Origin: Lama glama
Taxonomy: Eukaryota
DNA length: 64,000 nt
Assembly: GCA_028534125.1 (NCBI GenBank)
Contig: CM052816.1
Span: 46,750,001 to 46,814,000, forward strand
Reading direction: 5' to 3'
Part shown: positions 12,911-27,874 of the stretch, in pieces
How positions within the stretch are numbered: the stretch's first letter is position 1
Layout of the letters: each line of letters begins with the position of its first letter
The notes under the pieces: model-generated
Database searches by the model: none
Seen by the model: the letters and a program-made list of their open reading frames with translations, nothing else
What the model was told of the DNA's origin: nothing
Translations under genes and position numbers: made by a program

Positions 12911-15814
12911 ATACATGTTCTTTGAAAACCTGAACTCATTAAAAAGTTCAGTAAATTTTTGCTCAACAAATGCAATCATTCCAAACTCTTAGATCCTCTC
13001 CCTTTACCTCTGTATGTTGTGATAGTAAAATTCAATTTTTATCTTCACATTTTTCTATCCTTCATAATGAGTCATCCGGGTAAGGAATAAAGACCACTTT
13101 TCTCTGAACATTTTGAAACATATTTTTCTTGACGTCTTTTTTCTTGACATACATGTTTCTCTCCAGAGATTTTCCAACTTCTCTGTTACAGACTCCAAAA
13201 TGGTATAATTACTTTCTTTTACGACTTCCATTACTAACATGTTAAACTTTTTAGTAAAACAAATATATATATATAATATATATCCAAAGTCTCTTATTTT
13301 TGAGATTAAATTGTCAGAAAGCATCTACTTTTAGCAGAAAATTTTATTGAAACAGTTAGAGTTTAAAATAGAGTGTTTCCATTCCATAATGCACTCCTTC
13401 AGCAAATGTTCATTGAGTGATCAGAGTCTGTGTGAGGCCAGAGGTGGGGTCTCCAGGGAATGCCAAAGTCAGTAGGCAAGGGACGCTCACAACCAACCAA
13501 CCAACTCTGTAATATTAGAATAAGTCTCATAATAAAAGTTAGTAAAAAGTTCCAGAGGACAACAACGAGGGAGGAATGGGTGTTATTTGAATGTGACAAT
13601 GAAAGCTTCATCAAAGAAGCTGGCATTCAAACGTGGCCAGATGGAATGGGGGAGGGACGTAACAGCGCAGGGTAAGAAATAACCAATATGGTAGATTTCA
13701 CTTCACAGTCATCTTGATTGGGTTAACATCTACTGTTATTTTTCTTGCTCAGCCTAGAGAAAAGCTTGGTCAAAAACAACTGTCTTTATGCAACTCTAGA
13801 TAAAAGTATGAGTTCAGATGATTACATATAACTGAAAATATAATACTATTAACCAAGCAATATATTTTGATTCAAATAGAGGAAATTCCTTTTAAGCATT
13901 AAGGAATTCAGTGACTAATTTTTCTTCAGCCACAAGGAAGAGACATGAATAAGGGAAATACAGATATTAGAAGCCCCAGTACCTGGCACCGATGTGGCAT
14001 GGAGAACGTTCTGTCAGTATTGCTTGGCACAAAGTTTGCCGTGTAGAAAATGCTCAATAAAAATCACTTCAGTTACTTTGATGTTTCTGTAAATTGATTT
14101 TCCTTATTTCTTTATAACCAAATTATATGGAGCTGTGTTTAATGAACCTGCCTATTCTCAATTTCAAATTCTAATTTCAGTTCCTGATTTGTACCTGATA
14201 AGTTCTAGAGTAACTGTCAGTGTGAGATATGTGATGCCTGCCTTTGTGCTAGGATTTAAAACTCGAGGTTAATATAAAACTTAATGGTGAAGTGTCTTAA
14301 TAAAACATCATCATTACATTTAGGGCTGTTTCAAGAGTTAAGAAAAAAACATAAAATACTGAATGTTTATGCAATAATCCTGCTTTCCATACATATATTA
14401 CATTTGAAGTCTCTTTCATTTTGAAAACTAAGCATAAATTATAGTGCCCACTTAAATAATATTGGCTTTATCCCATCTTGGTGCACTTTGATTAATGGAA
14501 ACACTGGAAAAGAGCATCTCTTCGCTTAAGTACTACAAAAACAGTTTTCCGTCTCACCTCAGGTTCGAAATACATTATTGAAATAGAAATGGACTTGTCC
14601 CCATTAGAAACTATTGTCAAGTTATGAAAATGTAATCATTACAATACATTATTATATTTAAGTATAAGAGCTCTGAACTGCAGTCTGTGTCATTGAGTGG
14701 CATATTTTAAACGAAGAGTAATATACCAGTTCTCTTCAGAAAGCTTAATGCTGAAAAACAATTTTATCTAACTATGAACAATGAGAAAAAGCATTACAAA
14801 ATACATTTTGAGTATGCTATGAAGAATATGAACATAATACAGAATTAAATTTAGCACAATTAAGAGTAGGTTTTGAAGATATTTTCTTAAATGCTTTAAT
14901 ATAGTCATCATCATTTCAGTTTGCAGTTTTAATGAAAAGAAGCTGTATGCACTGACTTTTTTGACAGGTATTATTAAATAAGCATGCATTATCCAGCAGC
15001 CTATTTGGTTACACAAAAGTTGAGGAGTACCTAAAAGTAAACACAAATAGTGGCTTTAATGATATTTCTGTGCTGAAATGTACTTTGATGGTGAGTGTTG
15101 TAACGTGCTAAATTCTGAGGTTTGAGTACAACAGAAACCATACTGTATTGAGACGTTCCACCTACAGTTTGTGGTCATGAAAGTCTGGTTAAAAGTGGTT
15201 TTAGATATATGAAAGTATTTCGGGTCAGTGCCTTACTGTATTGAACCTACTCTGAAGTCTATTTCACTAGACAAAATAGCAATGTGCAGGTGTATTTGCA
15301 TAACTAAACTGCCTCTAAGAGAACTATTAAGAGACATTTTGTGTAAATCTGTGTAATTAGTGATGATACTTTTTATCCATTCCAAAAAGATAGTCTTTAT
15401 TTAGCTCATCCCTAATACCAATCATGACTCATCTGAATGAACCAGGATTTTAAAAGTTTCTAAAGTAGTATGATGATCAGATGGGAAAATAAAACACTAG
15501 CTGTATTTTATTAGAAGCACTTTAGTAAGGCAATCAATAAACATAAAACAGAAGGTGAGAATTTGGCAATTATTACAAAGAAAAATTATTCAAGTTGAAA
15601 CGTAAATAACGTAATCTGAGTAGGTACTGACTAGCTGATGTGGGCTGGTGAATACCTAAATGCTGTATTTTCCAAAGAATGAGCAGTTCATAGTTCAGCT
15701 TTATCTTTCTGTCAGGAATAGTAAGATCCTCAAATAGTCTTGATCAGTAGACTCTTCAAGCCACCAGGACAGTTATATTTTGTAAGTTCTTTTTTTCCTC
15801 TGAGCCAACTGGGA

Positions 15815-16055
15815 TTTACTGAGCTTCTACTTTGAACACCAGGCTTGTTACTGTACATATGTTATTTTATATAATCCTCACCACAACCCTAGGAGTAGGT
15901 GTTATCTCCATTTTTTAGATGAAAAATCAAACTTGGAGAAAAATCAGATTTGAAGAAGTTAAGTGAATTTCTCATGACTAGTAAATAGGTCGACTTTCAA
16001 ACCTAGGGTCCGCTGAATTCAAATCCCATGTTCTTCCCTTTCTGTTATGCCGCCT
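15815..16055 (-). mobile_element. MIR SINE
   Basis: aatcctcaccacaaccctaggagtaggtgttatctccattttttagatga...gttaagtgaattt. Confidence 0.7.
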
Positions 16056-17338
16056 TTGGTGAAGATGTGAAAAAAGAACAAATAATTATTACGTAGGGTA
16101 TACATTTATCTTTTTAAAATTCTATTTATGAGTTGCTGAATAAAAATTTGCCAAGGAAAGTTATCACAATTTTATATAACATACATCAGTTTGATATTTC
16201 TAAAAACCAAATAATAGTTTTCCGTATTTAGTTTTTTACACTACAGATCCTTACTGTGTGCCCATGTCTGCTGTTCTAGGAACTCAGGATACAGCAGTGA
16301 GCAAAATAAAAACGGTACATTTCCTCATGGAACATACGCTATAGCGGAAGAGATGGACGTTAAACAAATGATTACACACAAAAGTATACAAATTATAAAA
16401 TATAAGTGCTATTAAGAAAAAATAAAGGATAGTAGGTAAAACAACAAGTATTAACAAAAGTGTAGAGGAATGAGGAGACCAGGAAGTCAGCTTTTCTCTC
16501 TGCTTGTCCACCCACAGTTCCTGTCAACACATTTATTTAGGTGTGTGGGTCAGGGTGAGGAGGTTCAAAGTCCACTCGGTGGTCTCTAGCTTGGCTGACT
16601 TCATTTATGGTGAGGTGAGGGACCCCGGAAGGGGAGCAAATTCAAAGCAGAAGATGAGCTTGGGCTTTGGGGGTTTGAGATTCCTAGAACATTCAGACAG
16701 ACACCAGACTAGAGGGCATCCATTGGGTGTCTGGAGAGGAAGAGAAAGATAAGGAGTGGGAATCTAGATTTAGGAATTACACAGAAATAGGTAGTACGTA
16801 AAACTGAGCGGGCCTCTGCAAGATGGGTTGGATTTGAAGGTGAGAAAAAAATTTAAATAGTCGCTTTTGAAAAAAATAATAAAGTCATTCAGCATTTGCC
16901 AGGGAATTGGAGATGCCTCAAAAACCTGCTTCTGAAGAGTGATGGTAAGCACTCCTCAAAATAAACAAAGAAGCAAGGAAATAAACATTCTGTCAGCAGT
17001 AAGTTTGGGAAGCAGGTTAAAATTTAAAGGTTTCTCAGCCTTTAATATACCAATGTGCCTCATTTTCCAAAAGCATTGAACCATTGAACTTTCTGTCTTA
17101 AGGAGTATTTTATAGAAATAATACTCTACAAAAGACTTGCTGGGAAACACTGGACCATGTAAAGACTTATAACTAAGAATATTCATGGTTTTTGGTGGGC
17201 AGGCTGGAGTTTAATCAAGAGAAGACTGAAATTGGGAATAGTGAAATACGTATTTTCATTCAGTAGCATTGGCAGGTAGAAGTATCTGAAACGAAAGAAA
17301 GGAAGCTGTTGTAGCAGCTCATCAAGAAAAGGCAGTGA

Positions 17339-17542
17339 TGTTAGCCACTATATATAAAAACAAGATTTTGAAAAAAAAAACTTTCTTCTGTATAGCACAG
17401 GGAACTATATTCAATATCTTGTAATAACCTCTAATGAAAAAGATGAAAATGAATATATGTATCTGTATGCATGACTGGGACATTGTGTTGTACACTAGAA
17501 ATTGACACATTATAACTGACTACTTCAATTTAAAAAGGAAGA
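17339..17542 (+). mobile_element. 5'-truncated LINE-1 with 15-bp TSD
   Basis: L1 3' end and A-rich tail; aagaaaaggcagtga repeated at 17324-17338 and 17543-17557. Confidence 0.9.
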
Positions 17543-18314
17543 AAGAAAAGGCAGTGAGAAGAGTGAGGTTTTGAAAATTGGGATGAATCGAGGAGGGAAT
17601 GATTTCAGACAGGGAAGTCATCTAGGACAGGAAGCTGATAAGAATGTGAATGATAGAGATGCCTGGGAAATAGATGAGAAAGCGTGAACCTGAGAAACAT
17701 TTTGAGGGAAGGAATTAGGGCACTTGGTAACAGATTAGATTAAAACAAGAGAAAGGGAAAGATAACAAAACAGTTTCTGGCCTGGGAGAGGAAGAAAGAT
17801 ACACAGAAGAATGAAACCAAAACCCCAACAGTGTTATGGCTAAAGCACTTCCCAACTCCCTGCTGGATTTCTAGAAAACAGAATATAACACTGTCTGAAA
17901 GTACAGTCAGATCCCTTCAAGTGTTTTCAGTTAAATGGCATGAGACTAAACAATTTTGAGAATTTTTTAACGCAGATCTAGAATATTATGCCCATAATGT
18001 CATGTCCGCTCTTCAAGTGATGAAAAAAAAAGTTCCAGATTTATAATTAAGAAGTATGCTACCCCTGCCGAAATTAATTTTTTTAATCTTGAATTGCTCA
18101 AAGAAACATGTACAGTTCTCTGGTCACCTTCATTAAAATGCCCTACATTAAATCTGGCAATTTCACATTTAGCAACAAGCTAGAAATCACACATTTTCAA
18201 ATTCTAAGCAGAAATCAGTTTTAGATTTATTTGCTTTCCTCCCAAATGTGTTACTGCCCAAGGGCTCTGACAACGACACACTTTGTTTTACAAAGGAAAA
18301 AATTACTGTTTTAA

Positions 18315-18773
<459 letters not shown>

Positions 18774-20466
18774 TAGGATAACAGGGAGTATGTGAATCTG
18801 ATCCTGGCTCGGAATCAGGCACCCATGTCAAATTATTGACCTCGTCCTTCTCAAGTCGTCATTGTCCACCACAGTGTCAGGACACTGAAATTGAGAAGTG
18901 TAGCCAGGGGGCGGCTCACCCACATTTTAGATTACCTCTCATAATTTCGTTTAAGTATACGCTAGTTTCCCACCATAGTCAAAAGAAAAAAAAAATTTTG
19001 ATGTGCTTACCCCAACTTTACACTTCAGTTTTTCACTTTATATTTCTTCTTCCTAATTCATTCTTCCTAATGTATTGTTGCTGAAAGAGTAAAGATAATT
19101 ATTCTCCTAGAAATGTTTTTCCCCAAAATTATATCATTTAATATAGAACTGTTAATATACATGGAGTCAGAAATCTGACGAAAATGAATTTCTAAATGTT
19201 AACCTCGTGTTTTCTCAAACTTAGAGTTAAAACAGTGTTTCATTGTGCCAAGAATAAATAAGCATTGTATTGAAACTCAAAAATATTTTTGATTTGTTAG
19301 CATAAATAACATTGCCATAAATTTTAAATGCTTCCCACATGTATTCTATTTAAATGTTATGATCTGATAGTACCCTTCATAAGCAATGAACATTAAACCA
19401 AAAAGGAAGTGGTTTTATGTCCCCATCTATTTTCCTCACCTGTCTTATGGTTTCCTAGATTGTGACTACCTTCCCAGAATTAAGAGAACATAAACGTTTC
19501 AAAAGTTTGTATTCTCAATCAGTTTGCCAGAGTACAGGTTATTCTTGCCATTCTGTGTTATGAAAAAATCCAGTTCTAACCCTGATCAATTTAATCTACC
19601 TCTCATATCCATCTTCTCTTTAAATATGTTATAATTGTCTAAGATTACTTCTCATTTCTTTGCTTTTATTGAGAAATTTTAAAACAGTACTGACATGATC
19701 AATTTTTTAATTTTTAATTTTTGCCTAATAGGACCAAGCAAATAATTTCAGAGAAACAAAAGTGTAGGATAAGTAGACCTAATGTGGTGTGTGTTTAAAA
19801 TACTTTCAGGCTTGCATTACTGCACATGTAACTTTTCATTGATGATTTTAATTGTGGACTTACCTTGATCTTGAAATTGAAGATCATTTATAAAACTTAC
19901 CTACTATATATTTCAGGTAGTATTTTATTCATATACACATGTAAGTGTGCAAATACATAAACAAACATGAAAATGAACAGAACTAGTCAGTTGTCAGACT
20001 TCCTAGGTGCTTTCTTGAGTGTGTGTTTGTATGTGTGTGTATATGTGCACACTCACACACATCTAACATAAGTTCTGAACACAGAACAACTCTATACTCA
20101 AAACTCCGTCTCATTACAAAAACCATTACAACAAACATTCCAGGGTAACAGAAGAATTTGAATTAGAATTTGTCATTAGACTTGAACTACTCCAATCTTT
20201 AATATGATGTGAAATGCAGTGGAACCATATTAAACTAGTTGAAAATTTGTTGACTTTTAAAATTTGTTTTCTTAAAGGAGTTTAAAAATCTGTAAAATTA
20301 CCTTCTGAGGGCTTTGCTCAGAAATATACTATGCGGTTTAAAAGTGATTTACAGCTTCACATACTCTATAGAGATTTTCATATTCTTGGACAGATGGGTA
20401 TCTGAGCCAGACTTCTTCAAGGTCATGAAAGGAGCATTGGGTTGAAAGTCAAAGGGCTTGTATTTG

Positions 20467-20684
20467 TGTTTTTTCTTATTTTTTAAAACTTTTTAAATTG
20501 AAGTATAGTCAATTTAAAATGTGTTCATTTCTGCTGTAGAGCATAGTGTTTCAGTTATACATACATATATATATTCCTTGTTCTATTTCATTATAGGCTA
20601 TTACAAGATATTGAATATAGTACCCTGTGCTATACAGTAGGACCTTGTTTATCTCTTTTGTATATGGTAGTTAGTATCTGCAAA
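20467..20684 (-). mobile_element. 5'-truncated LINE-1 with 17-bp TSD, inserted in a MIR
   Basis: Reverse-complement L1 3' end; caaagggcttgtatttg at 20450-20466 and 20685-20701. Confidence 0.9.
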
Positions 20685-22773
20685 CAAAGGGCTTGTATTT
20701 GAACCCTTGTCTTGCACAATATTACTGTGTGACCAATTAGCTACTTCTAGGGGCTGAAGTTTTCTCATCTCAAAAATGAAGGCATCGAATTTGAAAATTC
20801 TTTGCAATGTAATGCTTTAAAAAGCAAAAAGAGACAAAAGCAGCAATTCCGTTTTTATCCTGCACTTAACATCAATAGATTAAAGTTCTGAATCTCTCAA
20901 AAAGACATTCTGGGGCTCCTAGACCAAAACTAGAGATGATTTGATTCTTTGGATGAAAATATATGTCTGACACATTGTGGGACTGCCCAGCTCAGCTACC
21001 TGAAATGTCACCAGTTTGGCTTTCCCACACTTGAGCAATAACAGAGATGATGGAGAAAGAAATAAAGTGGGACCCCTAAGCTTGATCAAGTTTACACCAC
21101 AAAAATACACAGAGTATTTGTCGAAGTGCAGTTCACTGAAATCGGTATGCTTAAGATACTTGGCTGGTTGGAGGAGGGGTCCGGGTGGGGAGCTGTGTTT
21201 ATAACACGTCTCACAAGTGATTCTTATACACACTAAGTTTGAAACCCTCTGCAACACTAAGACATAAATTGTGTTGGAGGCTAGGAACCTGTGATACATC
21301 AGGGACTTGAGAAGTCCATTCTTAGAATGGATCTAACACAAAGTTGAGAGTTAGGGTAGTTTACTACTCCTGGGTAAAATTTTAAATCCTATTTATTTTA
21401 ATTTAATGGAATACATTTAACTGAGTAAAGTTTAATGAGGAGCATAATATGTTTCATGAAGGGTCATTAGTTTTATATTTCCCATTTGGACCATTACCCC
21501 CTCTCCCTTAACCCTCTGAAAACAGTTTACTCACAAGAAAAAAAAATTGGCACAGAGAGAGAAATAATATGATTCCCAGCATTCAGACTGAAATACAACT
21601 TTCTGGGCCCTACCAGAGGAGTACTGCAGGGTCATAGGAAATTGTGGCATGTGTGGGTGTTGAAAAAGATTCCTCCTTTTAGCAGAAAAGCTCTTCGTAA
21701 TTATCGTGTCTTTGCTTCGTAATTAGCACTACTGTTACAATGGCACAAAGACTTACAAAGACTTAATAGACAGACTGAGATTTTTTTTATTATTATAATA
21801 TAATGCAGCTTGAATATCTGTTTAGATGCAATATATAAATATGCCAGATTTAGTAAATGTGTTAAATTTTTAATCCATTGGTTAGGGAAAAAAACAAAAA
21901 CAGTTATTGTATTAAAAGCACTTCCTTTGAAGAAAGTCCATTTTATTTAACTCTGTGACAGGCTGGATATTTACCCCAAATGCTGGCTTGTGAGGCTGTT
22001 GAAATCCAGTAGGGATTCTGAGGGCACTAAAGGAACTGCCCCTTCGTCTCTTCCACCTGTGTAGTGCTGCTCCTGGTTCCCTTAAGCTGCCTTCCTACTC
22101 TCACAGTTGATGCTGGGCTCTGTTCCTGGAATGAGATGCGGGGTTGAGCATTTCAGGATGACCTAAAAATCTCAGCTCCCGCAGGACATGCTATAAGCCT
22201 GTAAGGTCATTCCTTGCCTTAACAGTGATTCAGCAAGCACCAGTTTATGCTCATCCCTGGTCAAGGGATTCTGAAACAGAAGACAGTCATTCTTGTTAAG
22301 GATGTAAAGCATATATAAAAATCAGTTTGGGAACAACTGGAGGGCAGAGGAACAGTAATCTCATGAACATAGGACAAGCTACTGAAAGGAAGGCTTAAGC
22401 TAGACAATTTAACAAAACTTTCAGACAGGCCGTTGATCACCAGATCATCCCAGGTGATCTTTGGAGTGGCAGAAGTCCCAGACAGTTTACCTACATATCC
22501 AGCACATGTTTTCTAACCACGAAACCCATATGGGAGCGATAATTAGCAACTGGCTAGAAGGGAACCTCTCACCTCTCAGTGACCTAGTCTGGGCCAGTAG
22601 TCAAGTGACTAAGTGTGGCTATGGAATAAAACACGAGGCCTTCTGCTGCTCCCTAGGAAATCAAAAAGATGCTTGTAACTCCTGCGGAAGGAACATTTGA
22701 GTCTCAGCTCTCTCCATAGATTACTGGCTTTTATTTATTTTTTTTTTCAGATGCCAGGATTGGCAAGAAGAGT

Positions 22774-22789
22774 TGTGTGTGTGTGTGTG
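22774..22789 (+). repeat. (TG)8 microsatellite
   Basis: Direct reading. Confidence 0.9.
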
Positions 22790-25700
22790 TTTGTGTAGTA
22801 GGTGTGGCAGTGGGTGGGGGAAGGTAAGGAGGGGAGAGTAAGAGATGATATATACACGAACTTTTACTTTTTGTCACCTGAATCCTGTTTGGATTTAAAG
22901 ACTTCTAAGAACAGTACTTCGAGCAAAATATTTCCTTGCACAGTAATAATTAAGGCCTGAATTGGGACTGAACAGGTCTTAAAATAGCTTATAAATTTGA
23001 TTGTTCCACAGTGCTATTGAGGTTATCAGTAAGCTAAGACTAACTTTACATAGATGGTGAAAATTAAGAGCAATTTTTGTTGGAAAGCAAATGCAGCAAA
23101 TAGTGGAATCTTTACAAACTCTATTACAAAGTTCAGGAATAGATGTAAAATATAGAAACGTGTCTATTTTACTTGAGCTTTTATTAGGTCTAAACCGATT
23201 AAATAGGTTCCAATTTTATACTTATAAAAATATAGATGTGTGAAATTATTTTTATGCATGTTTTATAGATGTGTATTACACAGATACTTCTATGAAAAGA
23301 AAAAACACATTCACTTATTTGGTCATTTGTTGAATTTTCATTCTTTCATGCATTCGCTAAACGAAGACTGGCTGAATTCCTGCCGTGCGCTACATGCCAT
23401 GAAATGCCTGGAGACGTGAACATTAACAAGGCCCCTCAAGGACTCTTAGTCCTTAAGCTTGCTCAGGCCAAGCGTGATCTGGCCCTTGCATTTGTCTTCC
23501 TCTCTTACCCCTCTTACCTTTTGCTATTTCCCTCCAATCAAAACCCCCACCAACTCCCACCTAATGATGTTTATGTCCCTCTACTTCTCCAAACCCTATG
23601 TTTTGTCTTCAACATTCCTTACTAGGCCTTGGCTTGGCTTTTCTTTATCCTTCATTCAAGTCAGATCCCAGTTTATACTTTTGGAAAGCCAGCCTTGAAA
23701 CGCTTCATAACTTGCGTTGGGTGCTCTTCCTATATTATCATTATAATATGTTCTATATCCCCATCAAAGCACTGTTGAAGCTTTTATTCAATTGATTGTT
23801 CCATACTAGATTTTAAACTCCTGGAGGGCAGGGACTGTGTATATTTTTTTTATCATAATATCTCCAGTGTTTAATGTGAGGTCTAGACAGAGTTAGGCCT
23901 TCAGAACAAATTTGTAGAAAAAATAAACAGGGGAAGATAGTTATAATAGGATATATCCAAGTGACTATCATATAACAGAATGTTACTCATTTAAAGTATG
24001 AAAAAGTTTTTTATGGCTCTAAGGGAACAGTTCATTAAAGTTTGGTAAGTTTTATCGAAGCACTATCAAAAACTAAAATAATCTAGATCTGTGCTAATAC
24101 AGTAGCCACTCGCCACATGTGGTTAGTGACTATCAAATGGGACAAGGAAAGACAGAGAATGCATTGATCATAGAGAAAGTTCTATGAGACATCATCAATC
24201 TAGATTGAAATATGGAAAAAGAGGCATTTAAACTAATTTTGTTCTCAAATCAACACCAAGGTTAATTCTTCATTATGAAATTCTTCAATATAAAATTCGA
24301 GCAGTGCATTTTAGAAGTGAAGAACTGTATATGTATCCTTGAGATTTCAGAATCCAGAGCATAAGTGTTCACTGTCAGAAACGCCGATTTGGAACTAAAC
24401 ACTCATCATAAAACTAAAAGCACAATTTACCCCTGAACCAGTAACCACAGAGTCAATCAGTAAACTTACTACCTTGTCAGGAAGCCCTCACAAGTTGTCC
24501 AGCTGACACGGAGCACTCGCTGCAGGAGCTCGTAGGTAACGTGTGCTGGTTCTTTAAATGTGAAGGTTGTGAACGGAAAGATGGGAGGTCTTTCTTGTTA
24601 CTATTTTAAACTTACTTGAAACAACATGGGCCAGTATTTAACTTTATAATTAGTAATTAATTTCTTCAGAAAAGCAGTTTTTCAGGAACTTAGAGAAGTA
24701 ATATTCTTGAGCTACATTAAACATATTCTTAGATGTTTATTATAGCTAAAATAGTTCTTACTGCAAGCAGCCCAGTAACTACCCCGTCCTCCACTAAACC
24801 AAATACATAATTGCTTCTCAGTAGATAGTGCTGAAAAATGAAGAAAGGATTAGCATATTCCATAAAGATTTAAACCTTCAATGTTGAGGTGTCTAAGGAA
24901 AAGGAGAGAAAAGTAATTTTGTTTTTAAAATTTTTTTTGCATCTTTTTCCTAAATTGTAGTTGTTCAATTTTGCTTATGTATCTTTAAAAGACTTTTACT
25001 AGCTCCTATAAATCATATTTATATTTGTTCCCACTGTCTAAAAGACAAAACAAGTCTAAAAATATTTTCTTATTTCTCATCACAGCTACAATCGATTTTT
25101 ATATATCGAATTTGAAAATCCATTTCTTTTTTAAAATAATGCTCTTGCTTAATTTGCATATGTGTTGTAAAGATAAAAGGCTGCTTCACATCTCATTTAT
25201 TAAGAAAATCACTGTTGAACAAATAAAGTGCATGTTAGATTACTTAAGTTACATGCACAAGGCAATAAAACTGAATTTCCTCTCCTCTCTAGCATTGCAC
25301 AGCTCTAATGGCTGATAGACATTAGTACTAACAGTCAACAAAAAATTATTTAATAATAGTAGGAGCAGAAAAGACAATAAGTTTCAAAATACAGCCTTTG
25401 TCAGTAATGTAACTGCTTTAGCATTATTAATCATCACCATTTTATCATTATTATTTTATGTAAACCAACTTGAACTGGAGCAAAGTCCTCCTGTGTTTTA
25501 TTTTCCTCTCATTATCTGAGAGTGAAAGGGGAAAAATATTTAGCCTAGCTCATAACCGTTAATTTTTAGTAATATTCGGAGATTTCATATAAATGAAGGC
25601 CTTGGTGTTAGATAGCACATTTGGACCGAAGTTTGCATTCTAGACACTGATAATCCCTAAGTAACACTGTTTGGTTTTAAAATGTGTCAAATAAGATATC

Positions 25701-26007
25701 TAAGAGTAGAACATCTTTATTTCCTCAGGATTGGTACTAAATCGCTGTAAATATTCAAAAGTGAAGTTTTAGGAATAATTCCAGAGTTTGCCTAGAGTCA
25801 GAATAAAAGATGATTCGGCTTTTAATCACAGAATGTTTATTATTTAAACTGCCTCACTGCATTTTTTTAAATTATTATTATTAAAAAAAATTCTTATTAT
25901 GAGTCTATGTCCCATCCCTGAAGGACATGCTGATGTTTTATCTATCTCTGTAACTCCAACTGCCAGCTCAATGTCTGGCACATTATAGACATTTAATAAA
26001 TACTATC

Positions 26008-26140
26008 GGGGGGGTATAGCTTGTGATAGAGTGCGTGCTTAGCGTGCATGAGGTCCTGGGTCCCCAGTACCTCCATTAAAATAAATAAATAAGCTTAATT
26101 ACCCCCAAAAAACACACAAAAATAAGTAATACATAAATAC
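26008..26140 (+). mobile_element. tRNA-Ala-derived SINE (vic-1-like), B box partly deleted
   Basis: ggggtatagcttgtgatagagtgcgtgcttagcgtgcatgaggtcctgggtccccagtacctcc; lacks the ttcaa seen in the other two copies. Confidence 0.8.
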
Positions 26141-26464
26141 ATACACATATATGTATATAAAACAACTTACTGATCATTATAGTATAAATAATACTAGAAT
26201 TTACCAAGTTTTCTTCATTGAAGTCAGATATGTTCTAATAATAATAGAAGTGAGAATCTTACAAGTGAGCCAGAGATAAATAAAGGTTGTTGCTGTGTAA
26301 GAAAAAAACAGGAGACCACATAGAAATAGCACTTGTAGTGCTAAGTACACTACATATCACTACTGCTTGTGGCAGAAAGTAACAGGCTTCCAGACCAACA
26401 TATAGGGATTCCTGGGAAAGAGACAAGCAACGTAGGCACTTTGGCCAGGATCTGACAAGGAGCA

Positions 26465-26630
26465 GAGGGTCTCAAACAAAATGCCTCTGGCCCAGTATGA
26501 ATTATAGGGGGATGTTGCTGAAAGGCTGATTTTGTTCGGTGAGCATAGGGCAGGGCCCAAGGCTGTTTCCAACCAGCTCCCAGGTGAGGCTGAGGCTGCT
26601 TGTCTGAGAACCAAACTTGGAGCAGCAAGG
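26465..26630. mobile_element. MER5-like hAT-Charlie MITE
   Basis: cagagggtctcaaac...gggcagggcccaag...ctcccaggtgaggctgaggctgct...gagaaccaaactt. Confidence 0.55.
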
Positions 26631-27874
26631 ATCTAGACTTCCCTTTCCAGACATCCATTTTCTCCAGCATGGAGTTGGAAAGTACATTTTTGAACATTTA
26701 TCATACCATAAAATAGATTTAAAATTTTTTTTCATAAAACAGATTTTTTAAAACCTGATATTTGGTAAAACTAATTATGGAAAGCAAGTGTGTTAGATTT
26801 TTGAAAGAACAGTATAAAAGGCCTGTCATTACACAGCCAGGTGAGCATGGTGTCTCCTGGTCTGGTCCCCTCCTTTGTGAGGGCCCATCAGTTGGTAGTG
26901 GCTCCTGGGAGCACGTGTTAAGGAAGATTCTGAGTTCGAGACCATACTCGGCAGGCAGATGTGATGTGGTTGGTGAGGGGTGTGTGCCGTGGGGACAGGG
27001 AGCAGTGGCTGCAGTGCTTTCCTCATTATCCTCATGATCAAAGTAAAGTCATTGGATATTCTAGGAAAAGACTCCAGACTTGATATTACAGGATGTAATT
27101 AGGCAAATGCTGTGTATGTATACAACAGATTGGGTGGATAGGTTATCTTATTGGAAATATATCTCATTTTACTAATAGCTGTTTAGCATATTCTCCAGTC
27201 ATGTCTCAGCGGCATCTAGTGTATTCTGTGTTACCCTGAAATTTAGCCACCTGATGGAAATTTTGAATAAGGAAAAAAAAATTCCCTGTCAATTATTTCT
27301 AAAGGTCGTAGAGTTAATGACTAGCTGCGAGGTTAATTAGATTCTGAAAGTCTCTTCTTATCAATTAAATCTATTATCTTTATGTTTTAGTAAATAAACT
27401 CAGTAACTATTTAGAGCTACTGTTTTAGGGTAAGAAACACTGTACACAGTAAACCTTACAATGGGTATTTGGGTTTTTTCTCACATCCAAGAAAACATAA
27501 TTACAAAAAACCCGATGTATGAGTAAATAATTATAATTCTTATTCCAGAATTTCTGAATTAGATACTTTATTTTTTGAAACACCATACAAATTACTCCTT
27601 AGTCATAAACAAATGTTATCACTATGACCTCAAGAAAACCATTTAAGAGAGAAAAACTAAGGTCAGAGTTACCCTAACAGTGAGCTGCCAGTCTAAAACC
27701 AACCCCACTCTCTGTTCTTTTAGCTCCAGAAACTACATTCCTTTCAAAGTTGCTTGTACACATTAGTAAATAAGTAATATATTTAGTGCCCATGGCCTGA
27801 CATCTAGGAATTCAGTCATTTCTGTCATGTGAATGCTCTTTGGATAATATAACCAGATTTCAGATGGAATGATA

